From Fimbriosthenelais zetlandica (Eukaryota), in assembly GCA_977030845.1 (NCBI GenBank), contig OZ365110.1, positions 15,872,001 through 15,936,000 of the forward strand: a stretch of 64,000 nt of DNA. Reading direction: 5' to 3'. This document shows, one piece after another, positions 1 to 11,922 of the stretch (the first letter of the stretch is position 1; the number at the start of each line of letters is the position of its first letter). Below the pieces are notes generated by a model, which made no database searches, was not told where the DNA came from, and saw nothing but the letters and a program-made list of their open reading frames with translations. The position numbers and the translations under genes were made by a program.

Positions 1-389
1 CCACTTCCAGGCATATTAAAATATTTTTGAAGAGTTCAATCAGCAATCATTTTAACATAGAAAAGCAAGTGGTCTATTGAATGTTTTTGCACCCTTTGTA
101 TCCAGCATTGAAAGTGAGTTTACATTTCTGGTTTGATGAGATTGAGGTATACATGTGACATTTCTAGGGGCCCTTTAAGAGGGTTCCTTTACTTCATAGT
201 TAGCACTCACTTCAGTGACCATACCACCATATCAGGAATTGGTTCAACTTTCAATCCACCTGATCATGAATTTATGTAAAGGAACCTGTTGGACCATTGC
301 TGTTATGCTATCCAATGTCTATCCAATGTAGCTCTACCGAGTGAGGAGTAATCCAATCATTGTCATATGTCAGTGAGGAAGAAGAAGGA

Positions 390-707
390 TTGATTGAATG
401 GGGTTTAACGTCACTTTTGAACAATTTTTCAGTTATATCATGACGGTGCCTACTTGTGACAGTGAGCCCAATGCTCTTTTATAGTGCTGCCTCACTGAGG
501 TATCATGTCGCAGGCACATGACATGATATCTCACCCAGTCACATTATACTGACACCGGGTTGACCAGTCCTAGTACTGTCCTCTTTATGCTGAGTGCCAA
601 GCGAGGGAGCCACTAGTCCCATTTTTTCAGTCTTTGGTATGACCCGGCCGCGGTTCGAACCAGCGACCTTCCACACACGGGGCGGACACTCGAACCACTA
701 CACCACC
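390..707 (-). mobile_element. tRNA-derived SINE, family A, full-length copy 1
   Basis: The minus strand begins with a tRNA-like head (A box TGGTGTAGTGG, B box GGTTCGAACC) and ends in a short (CAAT)n tail. It is flanked by a perfect 13-bp direct repeat GGAAGAAGAAGGA at 377-389 and 708-720 (TSD). It is near-identical to the split copy at 24649-27008 (about 6 differences over ~270 bp by eye). Confidence 0.88.
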
Positions 708-3173
708 GGAAGAAGAAGGAAGGTTACACATTCTTTGGCCCAGAGTGTGACCCATGGTCTGTTGGAGTCTTGGTGCACCGACTGTTTTATAGTTTGTTAT
801 CCAGTTAGGCTATAGATCCTTATTTATGATCAACTTATTCCAGACAAGCGTGTACAACGAGCGCCATTTTATTGTAAACTGAAGGGTATCCATATTTCAA
901 GAATAACGTACAGAGAGTAATAAACATGCAGGTTGTCTTAAATCAAGTAACACTCTAACACCGACCAAGTATTGAAGTTGTGTGAGGCTGTTCCAGAATG
1001 TTGTAGAAACAATATTCCATAGTACAGGTTAAGATATCTGTTTAGATCCCTGTTTTCATCTTGTACCAGTTATTGAGGGATTACTTGCCTCTGGCTTTTT
1101 CCAAGTTGTGCTGTAAAGTAGTTCTCCCCACACACCATATAGAAACAGTTCACTTTTAAAATGCCTGGCTCTACTAGGATTGCCTCTACCCAATCAAAGT
1201 AAAGCTCCAATGATTCCGGTGTTCAACTACGGACAATCTTGAACTATATTTGGAGGGACTGGCTATGTACATTTGAGGAAGTTTATTGTTGTGACCTGAC
1301 TTCAGCCGAAATAGGGTCACCAGAATCAGGCCAACCTATTGACCAGTTTTCCCCTCACAGTGAACAAAATAACGTTACGTGGATGATGGCTTTTCGCCAG
1401 TTTTCCTGATACAAAACAATGTATAGGCCTAGTGGTAGATTATAATGGCTAGATACGTAGAAAAAAGGGTTTGATAAATAGATGTTATAGAATGCCAAGT
1501 GACATAGTATTTCTTCTCATTAACTAGCTCGCAGAGTTCGACCCAATTAAGAGTGATGCCAAGACAGCTTGGGCGAGCCAAATGCGGAGCTCTTTACAGA
1601 AGGAGGTCATGTTTGCGGCACGCGGGAAGAGATTATTTCTTTAATTACATGAGAGCCAATGGTCGTCCTGTGCCATTACAGAGACCATCAGCAATGGGCA
1701 ATGGGCTTGAGAAGAAGAGCATCTCAAACCACGAGGCCCCCATTTCCTTGAACTGAGCAACTCAAAATGAGATTAATCCCTGAGTTACATTTGTCCATCA
1801 CTGCCCCCACATCCATAAAAATGTCACTGGGTTTTAATATCAAGTAATTCCAAGTCTTTTATCTTTTAAGTACCCTCGTTCATTCCTTCTTAAGTGGCTG
1901 CACATTCCCGCCAACAAAGACAGCCGTTACCATTGTGGGGCCTATCTGCCAGCCTCCACCTCTCTCTCCTTCCAGGACTGAAAGACAGGACCAGAGGCTA
2001 TAGGCTGGCAACCACAACACGCTCACAGGCCATAAACAGTGTTTGTCTGCCTCTGTATCAGCCTGTATTTATAGAGAACTCTTCACCCGCAGCCCCCAGA
2101 GGCTAGTCATCAGGGTCCCACCAGATTCATGCGTTAAACAGGTGAGGGCGAATACCATTAGCCCCAGTCAAAAGCTCTGCCCCCCAGCCCCTGGTTATGG
2201 CTGGCCTATGCAAGGCCAGATAGGCAATGGGAGAGCCATATCAGAGCCATTTGGATCCAAATAGGCAACCTTGCTCTTTTTGTCCTGACGTGCTGGCTAT
2301 GATACAGGCTTATCCCTCGCCAACACATCCCCCATGACCACCATTGGCATTTGATGGACAATATATTATTATTTAATATGTACGTGATATCTTTTGACTA
2401 ACAAAACAAATCTAGCCATACACACATGCGCATATATGGATTATTAACAACGGGTAGATTTAGTATTCAGAAAAGATATCCATTCGGATCTATGGTAACA
2501 TGATCTCAAAACCGCAATATCCTTTGCTTATGTTCTTGATAGAGCTGTATGAACCCCTATTCCTCTTGAGCAAGTCTTCTAGGTATTCTAGTCAAAAGCT
2601 AGATACAGTCCATCCTTAAGCAACAGGGGAAAAGTTTCACTGCTTAGGTAGGCACCCATTAACAGCGAAGGTCACACCCATTGTCATCTACCTATCCTTC
2701 ATCCATTGTGCAACTTATTGATCCCGCCACTGGCTCCATCTGGTGGTAGAGATAACATTATTATATTTACCGCCCCCTTCCCTCAGCCAGTCCTTCACCG
2801 GCTCGCCCATCACCCCTATAGACAAGACAAGCCTTGGTTGTGATGATTCGTCAACCTTCTCTCATATGGTAATATTTGACTGGGAATAATCGCCTCATAT
2901 ATTCAGAGGCTTGATGATGCCAAGGCTCAAAAAGGATGAACCATTCCATGCCTGCCTCTCTGGTGAGGAGGATCAAGGATCCTTAATATAAAAGGGTGGG
3001 ATATATATATATACTAGCACAACATATAAACCAAGGCAAGGAAAGGGAATTCATTTTTATTGCTCAGGGTGCATGATATTATAGATTTTTCAAAAATATA
3101 TGGTACTTTGACTGCAGGATAAAATGGGAAAGAGCTTTGCTAATTGTTAAATTTCAGTACTAATTGAAACCTG

Positions 3174-3240
3174 GGGCCTATTTCAATAGAAAAATTAGCA
3201 ATGCTAAGTCTATGGCTAATTTTTGTTTTGAAATGGGCCC
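3174..3240. mobile_element. Mini-MITE / hairpin remnant (Harbinger-like, CWG-type flanks)
   Basis: Terminal inverted repeats GGGCCTATTTCAA ... TTGAAATGGGCCC. Left flank is CTG and right flank is CGG (one mismatch). Confidence 0.45.
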
Positions 3241-4053
3241 CGGGTAGGCCATAGACCTTAAGTAGATGGTATGTTTGCTTAAAACTATGGATGTATGCAC
3301 CAGTACATACTTGAATTCATGGACTCAGTTATTTCTGTTCAGCCATGATGTTAAAAAAAGATGGTGTTCATTGCTGAACATCACAGTGGATTTGAGACAA
3401 CGCCAGATGTTTTCAATCAAGGTAATTAAAAAACATGGTCCACAGAAATGGAATATGGCACTACATTGGATATGGCACATGGGACAAGCATCGTTTTGAT
3501 TACATTTTTCAACTCTCAAAGGACTGCCTTCGTTTCTTCATAAAATTGGGAAACAATGAATCCGAATTAAATTTAAATATCACGTTCTTTGAACACCAAT
3601 TAGCTAACAAATTGCCACGTCCAACAGTCATGCGAAACCGTATAATATATTTAGCTAAAATTCCGATAATTGAAATAAGTTATAACAAAGAGGAAAATAA
3701 TGTGACCATTATTTAAAGAACATTGCTGGCAGTGTTGAGGCAGGCAGCACCAACCACAATGATGCCAAAACTTGCAGACATTAGACATCATTTACACAAC
3801 CTCACACCCTGTGATGGGGAACGCCGCTCATCAATTTCTTTTTCAATCAGAACCTTTACCGCCACCCTGTTTGAACGTGTTGCATAGATTTCTCGCCCCC
3901 GAAGAAAATTTTCCACTCGGCAAATCTTTGCAGCATTTAGTTTCTCTCAAAGAAAATCGTTCAAAGGCATGATGGTATTAGTGTGCACGATCGCCTAGCC
4001 TACACCGGAATGAAGACCTGTCATTTTTAAGTACATCTTTTCTGTCTTTTCAG

Positions 4054-4110
4054 AGCCGAAAGCAGACGTTATAACAGCTAATGGAAGCTTGAGATATAAC
4101 TTACACTACG
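4054..4110 (+). CDS. Gene 1 internal exon (extracellular stalk; ..PKADVITANGSLRYNLHY..), phase 1-1
   Basis: Pyrimidine-rich acceptor TCTTTTCTGTCTTTTCAG| and donor |GTAAGC. The 57-nt frame is open, and its phase-1 end joins the TM exon at 8001 in frame. Contains an NGS sequon. Confidence 0.6.
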
Positions 4111-6193
4111 GTAAGCACTGCATTTGGTTCCTTTTACACCTCCCTGATCGCGATATCTTCCTGCTTTTTTTCTTTTTTAAAGGTCCAATTAGCACATATA
4201 TATGCCTTGCAAGGCTAGTGGAATCGCCTACGGACCCTGGATGGGCACTCTGTTAAGTCCTTCTCTCCAAAAAAAACTAAGCAAAACATAGAAGAAAAGA
4301 ACGAAGCTCACGCTATGTTCATTGAGATATGTTTCTCAGTAATTGGGCCTCAAAGAGCTCAAAGCCTTGTCTCTAATGCTTTCAATTTGGTGATTGATTC
4401 GTGACAAGTTGAATAGGGAGCTTAAGACGGCTTTTATCAACCCACTATGATTTGTTTTAATGTACCAATCAACATTATAGCATCCATAGAAAACTGTGGG
4501 ATAAAGAGATGTGGAGGGACCATAGTGATGATGCGGACAACTTCTAAAGCTAGTTATAATCTTTTTTTATTCTCACAAGGACCTTCTTGATATAACATTA
4601 TGTAGGCCAAAATAATCAGTCTCAGTTTCTTAGAGTCAACCATTCTCGTGAAAAATAGAATGGTTAGGTCGTGCTGGTGACATTAGGTTCGCATAGTCCT
4701 TCATTAACGAATCAATTAAGATTCTGAGCTCAAATATTAGCTCTAATAATTGCCCTACACCAGATTCTTGGGCCTTAAAAGTGATCACCATTTAATGTTT
4801 AAGAGTAGGTACAATTAGGAGAATGACTGCCTATTAGCAAGACGACCAAAGCATTTAAAGGCCCTGACTTGAATCTGCCCTATGCAGCACTTGCAGCCTT
4901 AATTCGTCAGCGAAGCCCTAGGGAATGATAGACTTAGCATTACTTACAGACTTTTCTTTTAGCTCTTCATTTCGCTATTCATCACATCAGAGCAGCCACA
5001 TTGTACTGCTTCAAACCTGTCAGTGAGATTTTTAGAGTAGGAAGGATTGATGGACTGCTTCCAATACAAATAGGTGCCCTTAAAATTTACTTTAAAGCAT
5101 AACATCCATCCAAAGGAAACCCTAAGCACAATTATTAATGTCGGGAAAAGAAAATGTCTTTCTGGAAAGCCTGATGTGCGACAAGGAAATGGTGATGAAG
5201 AGGTTTTTAAGAAATAGACCGCTGACTTAAAGAGTCCTATTTTATTGTGTGAACAGGGTACAATGTACAGGTCTGCACTGCAGATTATCACATTATATAA
5301 TATACATGAATTGATACTCATTATAATACCATATGAACGGTGATTGGGTACTATTTTCATGGTTATTACGAAGAATAAATTGCTTCGAAATCTGTATCAC
5401 GCCACCTATTAAAGGATAGTTCAATCTATTCATGTTTTTACACTACTGCACATTCATTCAATGGCTTTTCAAACATAATATTTAACTTAGTTTCTAATTT
5501 AACATGCTATATGGCTATAATTTTCCATTTAGATTTAGTTCCGAATAAAAAGATGGTCTCTCTTCCTAACTACATGAAAATGCCTCTAGTCAAGGATTGA
5601 GATTCTAAAACGATAAACGATATAAAGATCCTTGTAAGGGCTAGGAGGTCATATTGACTGGTTATTGAAGTGAATAAATTACCTTTAAAATATCTAGGAA
5701 ACAAGGCACATTTTGAAAATTGTGAATGGTATAATTAAGACATAACTCGTGGCAGTCGTGGGCGAAGACAAAGCATAATATACCATTTTCTGAGATGAGG
5801 AAGGTAGAACCCAGCAATGAATGGTTACATGGCAAGTATATGAATATAAATGGACCAGGTCATTGTGTGATATGTCATCATGAATTATTCATGAGTCATT
5901 CTAAAGTACAGAATCCATTACTGCCAGACAATTTATAGTTGACAATATCTTAGTGTTTCTCTAGACAATTATGACTTAATTCTTGTAGTATATAATGGCT
6001 AATGATACATGCAATTGTGTTATATTCCATTTACATTATTAAGGTAGTAGCTAGGCCTTCCCATGGATGAAATTATCAGAAATATAACTAAAAAGGCTTT
6101 CTGCTTTACAGACAAACCGTTTTGCAGTATTTTACTTAATGCGCATGTGAGCATATTGAATACGGTATACTTGTTTATCATAGGCCCATGTTA

Positions 6194-6390
6194 GGCCAGA
6201 CTTTTTTGATTGGTTCTCGGACAAAATGGTTCTAAATTTTTCGTCGGCGGGCGGAAAAAAAAATGTTTTCGTTTTGACTGGATCAAACGTCGGAGGATCC
6301 GCTAATGCTAGAAAAATTTGTTGGTTTTCCCTATTTTTCAAACATTTTTGTCGGCGGGTCCGCGAACCAAACAATAAAAAAAGTCTGGCC
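6194..6390. mobile_element. MITE, PIF/Harbinger (Tourist)-like
   Basis: TIRs GGCCAGACTTTTTT ... AAAAAAAGTCTGGCC with a TTA duplication at 6191-6193 and 6391-6393. No coding capacity. Confidence 0.8.
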
Positions 6391-7689
6391 TTATGGTTCT
6401 AGCAGACAGTAGTTTTCATAACACATCTTGAGCCTGGCTAGTATCAAAGAAACTAATCCTTCATCTTTACTCCCATCATCAGCCATGCTTGCTGGAATAG
6501 TTGCCTTCAAGGTGGGGGCTTCAGCCGAGACTGACCGATTACTTCCAGTGGAGCTTAACATAAATCTATGGGGGAGAAGGTTGATTAGACAGGTCTAGAG
6601 CATCAGGCAGGTGTATGCAAGAGAGCATTCAGGATAGAAAGATACACAGATAGCTGAAATTGGAGTTCCCCACTGTTGGCCATGTGAACAAGGCGCCCAA
6701 GGCAGTAGCTTCTTATGTAGGGTGCCTCGTGGATTCGCAGAGTGCCCCCTGGCTGCTACATAGAGTTGTGTTTATGTGTCGTTACAGCTGATGGGACAGG
6801 CCGAGACTCGAGGCAATGGGGATTATTTCAAGATTAGGAGAATCTACCTGAGATTGAGATATTGTAAGCGAAACAGAAACTAGAGAGTAATGTAGTATAT
6901 CAATATCTTTGAATTGATTAACAAACTTAACTTGGGAGTCTCTGCAGGCCTGGGGGTATCTATCCAAATGACCTCTAACCAGAAGACCAACTCTTGCCAT
7001 ATAATTTCTGTCTTTTGATGGATAAATTGATTAAGATTGATTAATTATTTTAGGAGCATCCTCCTTGATGCCAAATATTTGATTTATTTTACTAAGCAGA
7101 TCTCTGTAAGCGTGCCAATGTTTTGTACTTCAGATCATCAAACAACCTAAAAACAAAGAGCAACTATGCCTACAGGGTCCATGATAGTCTTTTCGTTTCC
7201 CTGGGGACTGATAATATGACCTTGTACAGCTTATATTCCAGACAGGCATATCAGAAGCTGGCATGGTCAATGACCATGTGGAATGTATACCAAGCACCTA
7301 ATTGGTAGAGTATTTATGGCGATGAAAGACGGGGTCAGACCGGCAAACAACATAGCATGATTATAGATCCATAAACTAACCTTGAAATATGTCATAAAGA
7401 ATGACATCAATACATATAGGTGTTTTATATTGGCCCTCGTAAATCTATGTGTGTCCTCCACACCTGTAGCTGACATCACACAAAAAGTAAAGTCAGTGTA
7501 GCCAGATGTTTAATAGTATAAGTTCACACTGAGGAAACCAGGCCATATCTATTTTAGGCATGTATATCAATCAGTCTCGACTATCAATTAAGCTCTTGCT
7601 TGGTTTCCATGGTGTTCAGTCTCATATTATGCTATTTTTCTGTATTGTTCCTTTCGGTATATTCAGAGACGTTTATACTTGCAGTATTA

Positions 7690-7899
7690 AAGCCGGGACT
7701 CCACTGATGCGATTTTGTTTGCGACACGTCTGGGACAAAGGTGATGCTTGTGTTTCAATGATAAATTTACCACTGGAGGACGGCCTTAAGGCCTTGGACA
7801 CTTGAACCACAATTTATCAATTTTATTCTTACAGAACTTCACAAGCATCACCTTTGTCGCATTAGTGTCGCAAGCAAAATCGCAGCAGAGTCCCGGCTT
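7690..7899. mobile_element. MITE family C, copy 1 (long TIRs, TA-flanked)
   Basis: TIRs AAGCCGGGACTC..TGCGATTTTG(T)TTGCGACAC / GTGTCGCAAGCAAAATCGCAGCAGAGTCCCGGCTT. TA at 7688-7689 and 7900-7901. A related copy in the opposite orientation lies at 39986-40181. Confidence 0.8.
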
Positions 7900-8000
7900 T
7901 ACCCATAACATGGAAAAAATACGCCAAGAAATGCATACAGAATTCAGGACTGTATAATTCTACAGTGTCTCACAATCCTCTTTTCACTCTGATGTTTCAG

Positions 8001-8088
8001 GGATACTTTTAGCCGTGGCCCTGGGCCTTGTCCTTGGAGTATTCTTCGGGGCTGTTCTTCTAGTCTGCATGTTTGTACACAGAGTCCG
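8001..8088 (+). CDS. Gene 1 transmembrane exon (GILLAVALGLVLGVFFGAVLLVCMFVHRVR), phase 1-2
   Basis: Acceptor GATGTTTCAG| and donor |GTAAGT. Encodes a ~24-residue hydrophobic helix followed by basic residues. Phases match the exons on both sides. Confidence 0.87.
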
Positions 8089-8732
8089 GTAAGTGCAGTG
8101 TGTTTTACTTCCTATCAGATATAGGGATCAAGTAAAAGCAATTAACACGTTTTAGATGCCTTGAAAGCTTGTTCAGCACGACCTTCTTGTCCTCCAGGGA
8201 GTTCCCTGCCAAAGCTCAGGGCTGAACGCTTGTTTGATGTTGATGTGCTACATCACCTGGTCCCCTTAATTTTTGTCTAAAGAGACAACAGTCTATGGGT
8301 GGTGGGAGTGTTTATTAGCTGGCCTGTTATAGTGAAGTGTTCGCTTCGCGCCATACCAATCATGGCCTCTGCTGAAAAATGAACAATTGACGCATTTATT
8401 TAATTTTTCTACCAAGTCTTCTTGGTACTTGTAAGTAGTGCATAGACCAACAAGGATCATTAAGGCAAACTGTTCCACGATATTGGTATACAAAATCATG
8501 CTATATCTCAATTTTAATAACCTGCTGGCACCAGTGTTTTGTTCCCATTGTGCTTTATTTATTAATTCATTAAACAAGGCACTAACAACACGCGAATCCA
8601 ACTTTTCCAAACAAAAAAGCCTCGGGTTTTAAGATGAATGAAAAATGATCACAGGGACTAGAAGAAGTTAGCAACAAGAAGCTATATTTCAAGTTTACTC
8701 TTGCCTGACTTTCCACCTGACATCTTTTGCAG

Positions 8733-9339
8733 GAAACGCCACCGGAAACGCCCACGTCGTGCAGACCATGACCTTCTCCATGGGGAATCCCTGGAGGATA
8801 AGGACGCCGTGTCCATACCCCTGAGGCATGGTGACCACTTCGACTCGTCAGTGGGCTACCTCACTGAGGACAACACTAACCTATGTGGCCATACTGTCCA
8901 TTACCAGTTTCCAACAGACGATGGCGGCCAAGGAGGTGGTGGTGGCAATGAAGACGGTCCTGACATAATATACACGTCACGAATGAACATAAGGTGTCAG
9001 AGTAATTGCGTGGCCTGTCAAGGGCCGCAAGTACTAGGTGTTCGAGGACTGGGCATCCCTTCTGGTCCGCAGCAGCATCCACATCAGCATGCCCAGGACT
9101 CAGGGCTGACCATTGGCCGTAGTCGTAACGGTCAGGAGAATATTTACGACACTCGCAAAATGGCCGAGTCGATTTACGGCACCCGTGGGACCCCGGATTA
9201 CATAGTGAACGGGACCATGTCTAAAAATAACAGGATTAATGAAATAAAAGAAAACTTATATGACACAGGGAAAAGGGTGCTTTTTACTAAGTCAGCGAGT
9301 GGTGAAAGTGTGGATAAACAAGTGGTGACGACACTATGA
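8733..9339 (+). CDS. Gene 1 terminal exon: cytoplasmic tail of a single-pass type I membrane protein
   Basis: Acceptor CATCTTTTGCAG| at 8732 in phase 2 continues into the frame of ORF 8701..9339. It encodes a polybasic stop-transfer segment RKRHRKRPRR and the Tyr motifs DIIYTS, ENIYDT, ESIYGT, PDYIV and ENLYDT. It ends VVTTL-TGA. GC is higher than in the flanks. Confidence 0.87.
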
Positions 9340-9673
9340 TCTTCTAGTCATGAAAAGATATTCCATTATGGAGATAAAACTATTTATTTTCTTGTCATCT
9401 ACAATGTGCATTTTTGTAAGACTTCACATCGTTGGATTGTGCTGTGCCTGACAGAGACTACTACTACTATAGGGAATCTATTAATACAGAGTTATCAATT
9501 CTAGTTAGGAAAATGATATATTATGTGTCCTCGAGGGTTCTATTTGAAAAGCAATGGCAACGATAGTAGTTAGGATATAAATGTTACCTGCAATGATTGG
9601 GATATTATTTTTCTAGGATGAACCTTATTAAGTATGAAGTATGTTGTCGTCCATCATTGCCCAACGTTCGATT

Positions 9674-9685
9674 ATTAAAAATAAA
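9674..9685 (+). promoter_or_regulatory. Candidate polyadenylation signals for gene 1 (ATTAAA, AATAAA)
   Basis: ATTAAA at 9674-9679 and AATAAA at 9680-9685, ~340 nt after the stop. Such hexamers are common in AT-rich DNA, so support is weak. Confidence 0.3.
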
Positions 9686-10311
9686 TGGCCAAATGCAAAC
9701 CTTGTACATAAATAAGCACCTTGCCTTACTGTAACAAAAATGCTGTGTAAATTAGATATTTTGGGCAATGCAATTAACCTTTCTTTAGTTTATCGACTTT
9801 AGAAAGAAATGCTAGAAAATACTTTTTAACAATTAATTATTTTTCCGTTAAGTGCTGTACAAGAAATTATAATTATTGGATCCTGTTCTTTCTAATGATT
9901 GTTTGTTTGACATGTCTGTAACCGAAATTAAATAGAAACCACATCCTAATTCTTGTTCAAAGGAAAAGAATAATTGTCTTCAGGGTTGCTTGTTACCTTT
10001 GTACATATCACGCAAGAGGTTATAATTATCATTGCTATCGGTGATGTTAAAATGAATCTTGATGGTTTGAAAATCTTCTTATCTGTGTTATTCTTTTTCA
10101 TAATGAGAGTGTACTATCCATCTTAATTTGAAGCCTAAATCCACAATGAACGAGGCTTAAACAACAACCTGCTGAGCCAGCTTCCTATTTTTCTTCACCT
10201 TTTTATTAAGTGTTTCAGCAATGAGGGCCTCTTTATTTTTTTTACTTAATTACACTAAATTCTCCTTACAGCACCATTTCGCATTATGCTGAAGGCAGTC
10301 CCACACAACTG

Positions 10312-10416
10312 GGGCCTGTCTCTACGAAAAGGGAAGAGCTATACATTAGTAGCCTTAAGGCTCACTATACCATTGGTTCATCATCTTGTAACACATAATT
10401 GTTACAAAACGAGCCC
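10312..10416. mobile_element. Degenerate MITE with CTG flanks
   Basis: CTG|GGGCCTGTCTCTACGAAA ... TTACAAAACGAGCCC|CTG. The TIRs are imperfect and the 3-bp CTG duplication is exact. Confidence 0.3.
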
Positions 10417-11899
10417 CTGATCTTGCACATTATGAACACTGTTATTAATGGAGTGAGTGTCTACTTATTGAGCTTCGTCTCTCCATCATCATTACTCTAA
10501 CTAAGCATACATATGACAATATAACACCCACGGAGATAAATACATTCAATTACCCACAAATAGATATGACGAGTGACTGCTCCATGCGAGCTTAAAGGCC
10601 ATTTTATAACATGGTTACAGATTACCATGCCTAGCCTACTATTGGATTGCCTTGCTCTTTGCATTTAAGCCAATTCTTTTTATTTCCACAGATAATTAGT
10701 TTAGTCCATTAGTGTTGATGGAAGCAGAAACTGGAAATATAATACATTTTCAAATTGTAGTCCAATGCTTAACTCGCTTAAAACAGACTAATAATTAGCT
10801 CAAGGTGGTATAATAATATTCTGTCTATAGGATAATAGTCTCATATTTAATTAAAGTACATTGGAAATATTTAAGTACAGATTTCTCCCAATAAGATAAA
10901 GTTCTAGAGTCAATACATAGGATGGATATCTGATGGAAAGTCATTTTAATAGTAACAGCTTTTATGGTTTCTAAGCATTTATAAAAGACTTTCTGAGGTC
11001 CAGACCAGATGAGACAGAGTAATTCTAGGAAGTCATATCTTCTAGAAACAAACCCTTTGATAATCCTCCTTCGCCTGAAAGACCATTCGCTTTAAAGCTT
11101 TCTTTGAACACTTTATGTTCTTTTCAATTTCCTTTCCCGAATAGTCTTCCGAGTGGAACAGGGGAAAAAAATTCTTCCATCAGTCGTAGAACCGTGCCTG
11201 TACTTTTGATCATAGAGATACGATCATCCAAAGTTTGTCATCTGGGGTTGGGTATTTCTGTGGCCTCTGGAAGCAGCAAGGCTCGAGACAGAAGGTATAT
11301 GACTCAGGGAGACTTCAAATCTCAGTGGAGGAGTTCGCTTTCCCGCCTACCACAAATGCATGCCTCACTATTGAATGCTGATGGGAAGGGAGCACTGAGG
11401 GGGATGGAAATCCTGGAGGGGAGTGATTAGGTGGAGTAATATTGCATCAAGATGGAATTGCAATAGTGTACATGATTGTATGTAGACCGACATTGATGGG
11501 TTTCATGGTCGTCCTGAATGAAAATTCTAGGTATGAAACTTGATTTCCCCAAGAGGTCTTTATACATGTGTTTTGGGCCTTTGAATTGGGATTTGGTTAC
11601 TTACATCGTTTTATTTATTAATGATCAAAATATTAATATTATACATTTAACCTTGAGAAATTAAAGTGGTCCTCACATGCCCTCAATAACAGGTTTACTT
11701 GCTAGTTTGTAACCCATGGGTGTGGTGAACCGGGTGCACATGCGCAGGGCAATCTTTTTTCTCTTCCTTCTGTTTATGTGTTGCGTTAGGCGCCTCATGG
11801 GATCAGAGGCTGGCAGAGCAGTAGAAAAGGCGCTTACAAAAGATGTCAAATTGATCATTCAGACCACGTCACCCGGCAGGTTAGATCAAAGGTGGAGGT

Positions 11900-11922
11900 G
11901 GGGAGGGTGGGGCGGGGGGTGG
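11900..11922 (+). other. Canonical G-quadruplex-forming motif (five G-tracts)
   Basis: GGGAGGGTGGGGCGGGGGGTGGG: G3+ runs separated by 1-nt loops. Confidence 0.55.

Noticed and set aside
594-815. ORFs 594..815 and 24559..24771, which share the start MPSEGATSPIFSVFG
   Set aside because: They are antisense readings of the two SINE A copies, not a duplicated gene.
1550-2340. GC-richer segment as a coding exon or DIRS-type element
   Set aside because: All frames are interrupted and I could not identify a diagnostic motif. Likely an old repeat, but unclassifiable by eye.
3342-3880. Candidate upstream exons of gene 1 (3342-3420 HDVKK..MFSIK; ~3720-3880 ..LHNLTP..)
   Set aside because: Some FN3-like words are present, but I could not chain them in phase to the exon at 4054 with credible splice sites.
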